This document shows positions 21,347 to 31,097 of a stretch of 64,000 bases of DNA, piece after piece. The notes below the pieces were generated by a model, which saw nothing but the letters and a program-made list of their open reading frames with translations, did not search any database and was not told the DNA's origin. The stretch is from an uncultured delta proteobacterium (lineage in GTDB: Bacteria; Desulfobacterota; Desulfuromonadia; Desulfuromonadales; BM103). Every line of letters begins with the position of its first letter. The first letter of the stretch is position 1. The position numbers were made by a program, and so were the translations under genes. The DNA lies in the NCBI GenBank assembly GCA_963715335.1, contig CAVQRZ010000029.1, forward strand, positions 38,385 through 102,384. Reading direction: 5' to 3'.

Positions 21347-22033
21347 ATGTCCTGTATCAAGGACTGGCCCGTGGCCGACCGGCCGCGGGAGAAACTTCTT
21401 TCAACAGGTCCCTCGACACTCAGCGACACCGAGCTTCTTGCCTTGATCCTGCGAACGGGTCATTCGGGTAGCGGCAGCAGTGCGCTTGACCTGTCTCGCC
21501 AGCTGCTGACGCGCTTCGGTTCCTTGCGCGCCATGGCGTCTGCGGCGGCTGCTGAACTCTGTGAAGTGCCCGGGATCGGCCCGGCCAAGGCCGCGGAGAT
21601 TCTGGCGCTCGGCGAGTTGGCCCGCCGTTTCGCCACCAGCCCCCTCTCGCCCGGCACCCGCTTCACCAGCTCCGGTGAGGTTTTCGCCCATTTCCACGAA
21701 CGTTTGCGCGACCGCAAGAAGGAAGTGTTCCTCACCCTGCTGCTCGACAGCAAGAACCGGGTCCTGCGGGAGATCCAGGTCTCCGAGGGAAGCCTTAATG
21801 CCAGCATCGTACATCCCCGGGAAGTTTTCCAGCCGGTAATCCGCGAGTCTGCCGCCGCAGTTCTTTTCATCCACAACCACCCCTCGGGCGACCCTGCACC
21901 GAGCTGCGAGGATCTTGAGCTGACAACCCGTCTGCGCGATGCCGGGGCCTTAATGGGGGTGCGCGTACTGGACCACATCATCATCGGCAACGGTCGCTAC
22001 GTGAGCCTGGCGGACCGGGGCCTGCTCGAATGA
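21347..22033 (+). CDS. radC: RadC family JAB-domain protein
   Basis: RPREKL, HhH motif VPGIGPAK, VHPREVF, HNHPSGD, LDHII. Confidence 0.95.
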   Translation: MSCIKDWPVADRPREKLLSTGPSTLSDTELLALILRTGHSGSGSSALDLSRQLLTRFGSLRAMASAAAAELCEVPGIGPAKAAEILALGELARRFATSPLSPGTRFTSSGEVFAHFHERLRDRKKEVFLTLLLDSKNRVLREIQVSEGSLNASIVHPREVFQPVIRESAAAVLFIHNHPSGDPAPSCEDLELTTRLRDAGALMGVRVLDHIIIGNGRYVSLADRGLLE

Positions 22034-22087
22034 ACCGAGGGTTATTTGATATGCAATGGAGATCTTTTGCTCAAGGAGGGACAAAGT

Positions 22088-22459
22088 ATGATTATGGTCA
22101 GGAGGGCTTCGGGTTTCACACTGGTTGAAGTCATGGTTGCACTGGTCGTTTTCCTGGTTGCCAGCATGGGGCTGCTGCCCCTGCTGTTAACCCACATGCA
22201 GGCAAACCTGGAGCTCAAACAGCATGCAACGGCGCGCAGACTGGCCAACGAAGTGATGGCTGAGCTGCAAGTCGTCGCTTATGGGCGCCTCGGGACGCTG
22301 GCCGAAGTACCGCTCCGGGAGGATGGCATCGAGATCCGGCAGAGGGTTGATGCGACCGGGCTGCCGAACGGCCAGAGCAGAATCACCGTGACCGCACACT
22401 GGCAGCTACGGGACCGTCCGCAGCGCTACCAGCTGCAGACGATCCGGTCGGCACCATGA
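22088..22459 (+). CDS. Type IV minor pilin, PilV-like
   Basis: Prepilin cleavage site G|FTLVE plus hydrophobic helix; RBS AGGAGG. Confidence 0.8.
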   Translation: MIMVRRASGFTLVEVMVALVVFLVASMGLLPLLLTHMQANLELKQHATARRLANEVMAELQVVAYGRLGTLAEVPLREDGIEIRQRVDATGLPNGQSRITVTAHWQLRDRPQRYQLQTIRSAP

Positions 22460-23391
22460 ACAGCTCAATCGGCTATGCCGGGATGACCCTGGTTGAACTT
22501 ATGGTCGCCATGACGGTCGCCGCAATTCTCGGGATTATGAGCCTGCACCTGGTTCTGGGCTTTCAGTCGCGCATTCTCGCCGAAATCAGCCGCAACGACC
22601 TGCAGGACCGCGCAGAACGCCTGATCCGGTTCATGGCCAGCGACATCCGTGAGACAGCTTTCCTGCTCGGACCGGTACCGCTGACAGCCGACGGTGCGCC
22701 CCTGACTCTGACCCATGACAGCCTGGCCGGCGACCCGGTCGAAACCCTCCCCATTTCGTTGCTTGCCGAAGACGTCGCCGATGGCGACGACCGCCTGACG
22801 ATCGTCAAGGCTGAGCCCTTTAACCCGCCGCTGCGACTCGCCCAGGCGGCGCAAGTCGGCGAGACCTCGGTGGTTCTGAATCGTCGTCCGAATTCCAGTC
22901 CCGGTTCGACGCGTGAGCTGCAACCGGCGCCCGAGGCGATCAATCACCTGGTCTTCGCCGGTCATCGCATCTGTTACCCGCTACAGAGGGCGGACCTTGT
23001 TGTGGACCTTGAGCAGCCTCTCCGGGAAACGGTGTCTGCCGAAACGGAAGTTTTCGGCCTGCGCGCCTATACCTACACGGCAGAGCCGTTTGCCGGGAGC
23101 AGGCGCCTGCGCCGGGACGATTTCACCAGCCGCGACATCCTCGATGAGGCCGTGGACGGCCTGCAGTTCGAGTACCTGCTCGATGACGGAGCCATAGTCG
23201 ACCGACCGCTCAACACAAGGACGGTCAACGGGGTCCGGATCAGCCTGCTGGTACGCAGCTTACGCCAGGACCGGGACTACAGCGATAGCGGCGTTTATAC
23301 TCTGGCCAACCGGGTTTACGGGCCGTTTCGTGATCATTTCCGCAGGCACCTGGTCACGCAACTGGTCGAGGTGAAAAACCATGGCCTGTAA
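22456..23391 (+). CDS. Type IV minor pilin, PilW-like
   Basis: G|MTLVELMVA; LIRFMASDIR; DGLQFEY; VRISLLVRS. Confidence 0.82.
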   Translation: MNSSIGYAGMTLVELMVAMTVAAILGIMSLHLVLGFQSRILAEISRNDLQDRAERLIRFMASDIRETAFLLGPVPLTADGAPLTLTHDSLAGDPVETLPISLLAEDVADGDDRLTIVKAEPFNPPLRLAQAAQVGETSVVLNRRPNSSPGSTRELQPAPEAINHLVFAGHRICYPLQRADLVVDLEQPLRETVSAETEVFGLRAYTYTAEPFAGSRRLRRDDFTSRDILDEAVDGLQFEYLLDDGAIVDRPLNTRTVNGVRISLLVRSLRQDRDYSDSGVYTLANRVYGPFRDHFRRHLVTQLVEVKNHGL

Positions 23392-23914
23392 GCAGCGCGG
23401 CATGACACTGGTCAGTGTCGTACTGGTGCTGGCGGTCCTGCTGACTCTGGCCCATATCCTGGCGGAAAAAACCTGGCAATCGACTCGCCAGACCGGCGCG
23501 GCCGACAGGCGGGAACAGGCCTTCTGGGTAGCGCAGGCAGGGATTGAGGCCGCCCGGCAGAGATTGGCCGCCAGCTATGCCGCCAGCCGCGGCTGGCGAA
23601 ATTATCTGTCTGCCGACACAGCAGGGTTTTATCCGCAGACGCCGACCTGGACCGATACGGTCAACGCCATCCCCGTCGAGATTTTCCTGCGCGACAATCA
23701 TGACGGGGATGGCGACCTGCGCATCGACAACGACCTGAAAATTTTTGTCCTGGCACGGGCCAGGGGGCCGGGAGGCATCGAGGCAATGGTTGAATGCCTG
23801 TGCGGCTTTGACCAGCCGGCGGCGACGGGGTCAACCGCAACCGGTCGAGGCATAGGGGAGATTCTGGTCGATCTCACTGCGCAACCGGTCAGCACCTATG
23901 AGATGGCCGATTAG
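23381..23914 (+). CDS. Type IV minor pilin, PilX-like
   Basis: QRG|MTLVSV lacking Glu5, typical of PilX/GspK; AFWVAQAGIEAA. Confidence 0.8.
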   Translation: MACKQRGMTLVSVVLVLAVLLTLAHILAEKTWQSTRQTGAADRREQAFWVAQAGIEAARQRLAASYAASRGWRNYLSADTAGFYPQTPTWTDTVNAIPVEIFLRDNHDGDGDLRIDNDLKIFVLARARGPGGIEAMVECLCGFDQPAATGSTATGRGIGEILVDLTAQPVSTYEMAD

Positions 23915-23949
23915 TCCTGTTATCTGACTGACATAAATGGAGGGACAGC

Positions 23950-25704
23950 ATGAGTGGAAATCGCCCCGTGTACCTGTTGGTTTGTCTTTGTTGCTGGCTG
24001 GCGAGCCACGGACACAGCCTGGCCAGTGACTTGTATGATGAAGCCGTGACCACCACTCCGGCGTATGCCGACGGCGTGATCTATATCGCCAGCGCCGAAA
24101 CCCAGCGCCCTCGCGGACACCTGCGGGCCATCAATCTGCTTGACAGCATGCCGCTGGTCCTCTGGGATGCAGCAGAGCACATGCCGCCAGCCGGGACTGA
24201 CAGGGAACAACCGGAGAGCATTCAGCCCGACAACCCGTATCGCACACTCTTCACCAATCTCGGCGACTCTTTGCTGCCTCTCGAGGCCGCTCAGGCAGAA
24301 CGCCTGCACCCCGCCCTGGGCAGCGCATCAGTTATCGATTCGGCAATCCTCCTGCATGCCGTGCGCGGGCGGCGGGGCGGCACCCCGGAACTGCCCGCCG
24401 GAACCGCCGAGGATCCGCAGCGCCTCTGGGGAATCAGCCGCTCTTCACCGGTACTGGTCGGTGGCAGCCCGGTCGACCTGGAGGCTGGTCAGCGCCAGCG
24501 CGTTCTCTACGTAGGAGCCGAGGACGGCATGCTGCACGCGTTTTTCGTCAGCCGCTGGGATGACCAAACCGGCAACTACCTCAATGATGACCAGGATGGC
24601 GGCATAGAGCTATGGGCGTACCTGCCCGGCAGCTTCCTTTCCCGCCTTGCCGATCAACCCTTCGACAACCCCCCCGGCCAAATCGCCATCCACCTGGACG
24701 GCACACCGGTCGTTGGCGAACATTTTGCTGATTTTGACGGCGACGGCCAGCGCAGCTGGCGAACCCTTCTGGCCGCCACCGGTACCGTCCTGCAGAGCCG
24801 GCGCAGCTGTCTTTTCGTCCTCGACGTCACAGACCCGTACCAGCCCGAACTGCTGTGGGAAATGCTACTACCCGGCTCGGGGATCGGTCGGACCCGCGGC
24901 GTCAACCTGGGCCGATGCAAAAACAGCGCGTCAGACTGTCTTTACCTGACCGCCGACTTTAACCAGCAGACCGGTTCTGCCGGGGTGCATGCCCTGGCAG
25001 TGTCGCTGGCAACCGGCCAACTGCTCTGGCAGTTCAGTACTGGATACGCTGCATCAGGACCGATCGCCGAAGCGACACCGGCCATCCCGGCACTGATGGA
25101 CCTTGACGGGGATGATCGTCATGATGCCCTGATCTTCGGTGACCTGGTCGGACAGCTCTGGGCTCTCGACCTGGGTGACGGCAAAGCCTATGGCGACGCG
25201 CCGATCTTCACCGTACCAGGCGGCGTTGATGAGCCGATCGGAGCCGGCGTGGCCATCCACGACAAAGTTGCAGTGTTCGGTACCGGAGGAATTGCCGGAA
25301 CCAGCGATCTTTTTCAGTATGCACTTTATGCAGTGAACGTATCCGCAGATGGCGGCAGCCTGCGTTGGCGATATCCGCTACAAACGGGTGAGAAAGTTTG
25401 GGCAACCCCGGTCCTCGATGCCTTCGGCAACACAATCTTTGCTGCAGCAGCAAACTATCTGCCACTACCCCGCACCGACGGGCAACCGACAACCGGCAGG
25501 CTTGTGGCCGTCGACCGCGATGGAGCCGAAAGTTCGAGTCGAGAAACGACCGCGGCGACAGTCGGCCGGGTTATCGTCTCGCCCGGCGTGGTCCTGTCGG
25601 TGGACATGCGTGGAGAAGTCACCCAGTTCGGCACCGTCAGCCGTCCGATTGAACCAACCCCTGGCCGGGGATCGGTTCGGATTCTGTCGTGGAGACCGCT
25701 ATGA
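23950..25704 (+). CDS. PilY1/PilC-like beta-propeller pilus protein (short form)
   Basis: Signal peptide; LYVGAEDGMLHAF, ELWAYLP, LDGTP, FVLDVTDP, DLDGDD, GDLVGQLWALDL, VFGTG. Confidence 0.82.
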   Translation: MSGNRPVYLLVCLCCWLASHGHSLASDLYDEAVTTTPAYADGVIYIASAETQRPRGHLRAINLLDSMPLVLWDAAEHMPPAGTDREQPESIQPDNPYRTLFTNLGDSLLPLEAAQAERLHPALGSASVIDSAILLHAVRGRRGGTPELPAGTAEDPQRLWGISRSSPVLVGGSPVDLEAGQRQRVLYVGAEDGMLHAFFVSRWDDQTGNYLNDDQDGGIELWAYLPGSFLSRLADQPFDNPPGQIAIHLDGTPVVGEHFADFDGDGQRSWRTLLAATGTVLQSRRSCLFVLDVTDPYQPELLWEMLLPGSGIGRTRGVNLGRCKNSASDCLYLTADFNQQTGSAGVHALAVSLATGQLLWQFSTGYAASGPIAEATPAIPALMDLDGDDRHDALIFGDLVGQLWALDLGDGKAYGDAPIFTVPGGVDEPIGAGVAIHDKVAVFGTGGIAGTSDLFQYALYAVNVSADGGSLRWRYPLQTGEKVWATPVLDAFGNTIFAAAANYLPLPRTDGQPTTGRLVAVDRDGAESSSRETTAATVGRVIVSPGVVLSVDMRGEVTQFGTVSRPIEPTPGRGSVRILSWRPL

Positions 25705-26345
25705 CGAGACGGTTTCAAAGCGGATCGTTCAGCCCTGTCCGAGCCACCCACGGCTTCACCCTTCTGGAACTGTTGCTGGTGATTGCCATCGTCGGCATCC
25801 TTGCCGGCACGGTCAGCTGGGGGAGCAGGCAGCTGGTACAGGGTTGGCATCTCAAGCGCGCCGGTCAACAACTTTACGCAGGGCTCAAGTCGCTCCAGGC
25901 CCAGGCAGAGCTTGCCGGCAACCTGGCCTTGGGTAACGGGGCGCTGGTCGCCCGACGGCATTTCCTGGTCTTTGATCGGCAGACACAGAGCTATAGCGCA
26001 TACAGCTGGCTGGACCATAACGGCAACGGTGTCGCAGAGAGCGGGGAATCTGGCCGGTTGTGGCAGACCGGTTTGCCCCCCGGTGTGACCTACGGCTGGG
26101 CCCCCGGGATCAATCGCCGGGCCTGCAGCAACACCAACACCCCGCCGGGCGAGGCCATCTCTTTTGCCAGTCCCGACTACCCCCCCTGCAACGACCGCCC
26201 ATGCATCAAGTTCGACCGGCACGGCTTCAGTGCCATGGGGCCGGGGGCGATCTATCTCAGCGCAGGCGGGCAGTCTCTGGCGATCACCGGCACGCGCCCG
26301 GGGCTCTTCACAATTTGCCAATGGGATGGTGAACGCTGGCGCTGA
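25701..26345 (+). CDS. Type IV minor pilin, FimT/FimU (GspH-like)
   Basis: HG|FTLLELLLVIAIVGIL prepilin motif; overlaps the upstream stop (ATGA). Confidence 0.8.
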   Translation: MTRRFQSGSFSPVRATHGFTLLELLLVIAIVGILAGTVSWGSRQLVQGWHLKRAGQQLYAGLKSLQAQAELAGNLALGNGALVARRHFLVFDRQTQSYSAYSWLDHNGNGVAESGESGRLWQTGLPPGVTYGWAPGINRRACSNTNTPPGEAISFASPDYPPCNDRPCIKFDRHGFSAMGPGAIYLSAGGQSLAITGTRPGLFTICQWDGERWR

Positions 26346-26526
26346 AAGGCCCGGGCAGCCGACAGCATGCTTAACTGAAGTAAGGCAGGTATAGCGTTCA
26401 CCCCCTTTGCCGCCTGCGCCGGCCAAGTCGATGATTTTTTACTTCTCCGCACAAATGGTGATAGAATCGGTCATCTATACGAGAAGGCGCCTTGTCGCTG
26501 CTTGCAAATCACACCAGGAGTCGATC

Positions 26527-27680
26527 ATGCCGGCCAAGGTAAAATCACACGCTGCCACGTGTAACCATTTCGACAAAAGCCAGAGCTCTGCAATGGCCAA
26601 CCTGCAGCACGAACTTTTCAGCGAGGGGGTCGTCTCCCGTGCCCTGCTTGATGCGGTCCCCAATCCGTTATTGATTATCAACCAGGCGTGGCAGGTCGTC
26701 TACGCCAACCCGGCGGTCCGCGCCCTGGTCGACAAAGGCGGCGAAACCAGGGTCAGGGGACTCTCGGTCGGGCGAAGCCTTTCATTGCGTGCATTCCCGG
26801 CACGGCCTTCAGGAAGCCGGCAATAACGCCTGCTGCCGGATCTGCGGTGTCGCCCGGGTCTTGTCGATCTCTTTGAAGGGTGAGGCAGCAAGCGAAGATT
26901 GCCACCTGGCCTGCGAGCTGACCGGCGCGGCAACCAACCTCGACCTGCGGGTCTGGGCAACGCCGCTGGAGTTTCATGGCGAAAGATTCTCCCTGCTCAG
27001 CCTGGTCGACATCAGCGACAAGTTCCGGCGCGAGATGCTCGAGAAGATCTGCTTCCATGATCTGCTCAACACCCTTTCCAGCATCAGGGGCTTTCTCAGC
27101 ATCATCAAGGATGAAACGATCGAAGACCACGACGAAATCTGTGATCTCCTCGAACGTACCACGCAGAATTCGATTGACGAAATCATGGCCATACGCCTGC
27201 TTGACAGTGTCGCGCACAAGGATCTTCAGGTCCAACCGGAAGCCCTGGAAAGCCTCGCGTTCATGGAACTGATGGTGAAAACGACACAGGGCCACCCGGC
27301 CGCCGACGGCAAGCAGCTGGATAGTCGCCGCATCCGACTCCAGACCGTTCAGGACAGACCCTCGCCTGCTGCGCCGGGTCATCAGCAACATGACCATCAA
27401 CGCCCTTGAAGCAACCCCGACCGGAGGCACCGTCACCCTCGGTTGCTCAGCGGACACCACGACCATGCGCCTCTGGGTCCACAACGACGGGCTGATTGCG
27501 CAGGACGTCCGCACCCAGATCTTCCGCAAGGTCTCCTCGACCAAGGGGAGTGGACGCGGCATCGGCACCTACAGCATCAAACTGCTTAGCGAGGCTTTGG
27601 GCGGGGAGGTTTACTTCACCAGCACCGAAAGCGACGGCACGGTGTTCTCCCTGTCACTGAAAAACCCGGACCGGGGTTGA
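26527..27680 (+). pseudogene. PAS-domain sensor histidine kinase split by two frameshifts (possibly sequencing errors)
   Basis: PAS (LLDAVP..VVYANPA), H-box FHDLLN and HATPase (NMTINALEA, GRGIGTYS) lie in three successive ORFs; breaks near 26772 and 27320. Confidence 0.8.
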
Positions 27681-27794
27681 AGGCCGGCCGCTTATTCCAA
27701 GTCTTTCCGGGAGGTTACGAGAAGAATGCTAACTATATGTTTCTAGGTGATTTTTCATGAGCAAATTACCTGAAATTATAATATTTTAGTTACC

Positions 27795-27822
27795 TTGACA
27801 GCGCTGGACAAGCCGCTAGGCT
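27795..27822 (+). promoter_or_regulatory. sigma70-type promoter of the candidate ncRNA
   Basis: TTGACA-N16-TAGGCT with an AT-rich upstream region. Confidence 0.6.
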
Positions 27823-27828
27823 TTAACA

Positions 27829-28030
27829 TAGACAGTGACGAGATAGGCCAGTTTGGCGCGTGTAAAAAACCTGCGGGTGAACGATGGTATCGGAGCAATC
27901 CAGCCAGTCGGCCCGGACAGGACCTGAGTCAAGCCGTGGAACTCCTTTAGAAGGGAGCAGAAACAGCAGGCTGTTGAGCAAAGCAGCCGAGTCAGGGTCG
28001 CCCATGAGCCGTTTCGTCACTGTTGTTTCT
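27829..28030 (+). ncRNA. Unassigned structured non-coding RNA (~200 nt)
   Basis: Closing helix ACAGTGACGAGA (27832-43) / TTTCGTCACTGT (28012-23), nested internal helices, a GNRA loop, own promoter and terminator. Confidence 0.65.
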
Positions 28031-28042
28031 TTGGCCCCAGAG

Positions 28043-28080
28043 AAAAAAGCTTTAAAGCCGCAGGGCTTTAAAGCTTTTTT
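28043..28080. terminator. Strong bidirectional intrinsic terminator
   Basis: AAAAAAGCTTTAAAGCC-GCAG-GGCTTTAAAGCTTTTTT perfect 17-bp stem. Confidence 0.9.
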
Positions 28081-28324
28081 ATTAGGTTTGCAAACTCTAC
28101 TGGTGAAAAGGATCGATCACACGATTGTATATCACCTTTAAATCGTTGACTGGTGTTGAAAGCAACTTTTTCAGCCATCGGACCTTCCACAGTTAATCAT
28201 TACGTTCGCAAAGGCAGCATCCTGCAAAACGGGGGTGTGGTCATACGTGCTTCACGACAGGGCCATGATTTGCCCTCTCTCCAAATATAACCAATCAAGT
28301 CATATATATACGGTATTTTTTATC

Positions 28325-28368
28325 TTGACGGTGAGGCGGCCTGCGTGTATTTTGATAACGGTTTTCAA
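28325..28368 (+). promoter_or_regulatory. feo promoter with overlapping Fur-box-like palindrome
   Basis: TTGACG-N17-TATTTT; palindrome TTGATAAC-G-GTTTTCAA (28352-28368) overlaps -10 and the start site. Confidence 0.7.
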
Positions 28369-28473
28369 TTTCATGCAGAGCAGATTAATCAATCCTGGTA
28401 AATCCACAAAGCCTAAAGACGATTTAAAATTCGCCCAGGGGGCCAGTATGGCAACCCTCACAGGAGCAATATC

Positions 28474-28707
28474 ATGCAACACCATCTTGGACAATTGTCG
28501 GTCGGCGAAAAGGCCGTAGTAAGTGGCTTCGCAAAAGGACAGAAAGAGTATCGCGCCAAGCTTCTGGCCATGGGCCTGACTAAAGGCATTGAACTTGAAT
28601 TAACTAGAGTTGCTCCCCTGGGTGATCCGCTGGAGATCAGTGTCCGGGGTTTTTCCTTAAGCTTGCGCAAGGCGGAAGCGGCAATGGTGTTGGTGGAAAG
28701 GAGTTGA
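28474..28707 (+). CDS. feoA: Ferrous iron transport protein A
   Basis: KLLAMGL, RVAPLGDPLEISVRGFSLSLRK. Confidence 0.95.
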   Translation: MQHHLGQLSVGEKAVVSGFAKGQKEYRAKLLAMGLTKGIELELTRVAPLGDPLEISVRGFSLSLRKAEAAMVLVERS

Positions 28708-28712
28708 AAGCG

Positions 28713-31043
28713 ATGCAGAAGAAGTGCCTCAAAATTGCTGTGGCGGGCAACCCCAACTGCGGCAAAACCACCCTCTTTAACGAGTTGACCGGTTCCCGTC
28801 AGATGGTAGGCAATTGGCCCGGTGTAACCGTCGACCGTAAGACCGGCATGTACTCTTTTGAAGGGCACGATTTCGAGCTGGTCGATATTCCCGGGATCTA
28901 TGCCCTGTCTGCCCTTTCCACAGATGAGAAAGTTGCCCGAGATTATATCCTGTCAGAAGACTACGACTTGATCATCAATATTGTCGATGCCGCCAATATC
29001 GTGCGAAACCTTTATCTGACCACGCAGCTTCTGGAAATGCGTGTGCCTATGATTGTCGTTCTGAACAAGATGGACGTCGCCAAGGCAAGGCAGGTAAGAA
29101 TCGATACGCAAGAGCTCTCGGACCGACTGGGAGTACCAGTAGTGCCGATTGCAGCCTCAAAGCGTAGCGGTCTGGAGTTGCTCAAAAAAACCATTCATCA
29201 ATGTGCCGAGCAAAACCCGATTTCGAAAGCCGATGTGATCTACCCGGTCGAAATCCAGGAAGCCGCCACCATACTGACTGATCAGGTCCGCACTTTAGCG
29301 GCCCAAAAAAGACTCAGAGCTGACTGGCTGGCCATGAAGCTCTTGGAAGACGACCCTGAATTTGTCAATATTCTGGATGCTGCGACCGCGGCTGATCTTG
29401 AAAAACAACAACAAAAAATTACCCGTCACTTGGATGATGACGCTGACATCGCCATCGCCGATGCGCGATATGGGTTTATCCATTGGCTGACCGAAAGTGC
29501 CGTGTCGTACACCACCAAGGTGGGCAGGACACTAACCGACAAGATCGACAAAGTGGTTTTGAATCGTCTTTTAGGCCTGCCAATCTTTCTGCTGATGATG
29601 TACCTGACCTTCATGTTCACCATCAATGTCGGCGGCGCATTTATCGACTTCTTTGACATTGCCTTCGGGGCAATTTTCGTCGACGGTATGGCAGAGTTGC
29701 TGGGCAATATCAACGCCCCGGCATGGTTGATCGGAATCGTTGCCAGCGGTATTGGTGGCGGAATCCAGACTATGGCAACCTTTATCCCGCCAATCGGATT
29801 CATGTTCCTGGCTCTGGCCGTTCTGGAAGGCTCCGGCTACATGGCACGCGCTGCTTTCGTCATGGATCGCTTCATGCGAATGCTCGGTTTGCCTGGGAAG
29901 TCCTTTGTGCCGCTATTGGTCGGGTTCGGTTGCAACGTGCCGGCCATCATGGCCACCCGGACCCTCGAAAACCAGCGCGATCGCACCTTGACCATCATGA
30001 TGAACCCGTTTATGAGCTGCGGAGCGCGCTTGCCGGTCTATGCCCTGTTTGCCGCCGCATTCTTTCCGGTGGGCGGCCAGAACGTCGTCTTTTTGCTTTA
30101 CCTGGCCGGAATCGGTTTTGCTGTTCTGACCGGATTGATCCTCAAGTACACCCTGCTCAAGGGAAGCATCACCCCTTTTGTTATGGAATTGCCGCCCTAC
30201 CATGTGCCGACCGTCAAATCGGTGCTGCTGCGCACCTGGGACCGGCTGAAATCGTTCCTGCTCAAAGCCAGCCGCATTCTGATTCCGATGGTTGCCATCC
30301 TGGCGTTGTTCAATACCATGTCGATAGACGGCACCATCGGCCACGATGACAGCAAGGATTCTCTGCTCTCGACAGTCAGTCGTGCTGTGACACCGGTCTT
30401 TGCTCCGATGGGGATCAAGCAAGACAACTGGCCCGCAACGGTCGGCATTTTCACCGGAGTGTTCGCCAAGGAGGCTGTGGTCGGCACCCTCGATGCAATC
30501 TATCTGCAGAACGAACTTCAAGAAGAGCTTGCCGCAGGTGGCAAGGCAGAAGCGTACAGTCTCAGTGCGTCACTGTTGGAGGCGGTAGAGACCATTCCGG
30601 AAAATCTGGCCGGAGTACTTGATACTCTCACTGACCCCCTGGGCTTGAGCATTGGCGACACCAGTTCCATTGAAATCGCCGCCGAGACGCAGGCTGTCAG
30701 TGCCGGGACCTTCGGGGCTATGGGCAGACTGTTTGACGGCAAGATCGGCGCTATCGCCTACATGCTGTTCATCCTCATGTATTTCCCCTGCGTAGCGGCC
30801 ATGGCCGCTGTCTACCGTGAGACCAACATGCGCTGGACGCTCTTTATTGCTGCCTGGACAACTGGGTTGGCTTATGCCTCGGCAACCAGCTTTTATCAAC
30901 TGGCGACCTTCGAAAGGCATCCGAGCTTCTCGACGGCCTGGCTAGCGGGTTGCGCATTACTTTTGGTGGTCGTCGTGCTGGTCATGCGTTTCATGGGGAA
31001 AGAACCCCGTGGTTCTGGCGTGACTGTCCCGGTTAAGGGTTGA
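28713..31043 (+). CDS. feoB: Ferrous iron transport protein B
   Basis: GNPNCGKTT, VGNWPGVTV, DIPG, NKMD, GFGCNVPA, FMSCGARL, YFPCVA. Confidence 0.97.
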   Translation: MQKKCLKIAVAGNPNCGKTTLFNELTGSRQMVGNWPGVTVDRKTGMYSFEGHDFELVDIPGIYALSALSTDEKVARDYILSEDYDLIINIVDAANIVRNLYLTTQLLEMRVPMIVVLNKMDVAKARQVRIDTQELSDRLGVPVVPIAASKRSGLELLKKTIHQCAEQNPISKADVIYPVEIQEAATILTDQVRTLAAQKRLRADWLAMKLLEDDPEFVNILDAATAADLEKQQQKITRHLDDDADIAIADARYGFIHWLTESAVSYTTKVGRTLTDKIDKVVLNRLLGLPIFLLMMYLTFMFTINVGGAFIDFFDIAFGAIFVDGMAELLGNINAPAWLIGIVASGIGGGIQTMATFIPPIGFMFLALAVLEGSGYMARAAFVMDRFMRMLGLPGKSFVPLLVGFGCNVPAIMATRTLENQRDRTLTIMMNPFMSCGARLPVYALFAAAFFPVGGQNVVFLLYLAGIGFAVLTGLILKYTLLKGSITPFVMELPPYHVPTVKSVLLRTWDRLKSFLLKASRILIPMVAILALFNTMSIDGTIGHDDSKDSLLSTVSRAVTPVFAPMGIKQDNWPATVGIFTGVFAKEAVVGTLDAIYLQNELQEELAAGGKAEAYSLSASLLEAVETIPENLAGVLDTLTDPLGLSIGDTSSIEIAAETQAVSAGTFGAMGRLFDGKIGAIAYMLFILMYFPCVAAMAAVYRETNMRWTLFIAAWTTGLAYASATSFYQLATFERHPSFSTAWLAGCALLLVVVVLVMRFMGKEPRGSGVTVPVKG

Positions 31044-31097
31044 ACTTAATGCAACAGTGATTCGGGGCCTGTCCCCAGAGTTGACAAGGAGAAAAAA

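Noticed and set aside
21347..22033. radC as a marker of an integrative element
   Set aside because: It is the full-length chromosomal form with the HhH N-terminus, and there is no integrase or conjugation gene.
27829..28030. Reading the RNA as a retron msr-msd, T-box or feo riboswitch
   Set aside because: No reverse transcriptase nearby, no T-box UGGNACC antiterminator, and feoA has its own promoter about 250 nt past the terminator.
27884..28141. 85-aa ORF overlapping the candidate ncRNA
   Set aside because: No RBS, low-complexity translation, and it runs through a strong terminator.
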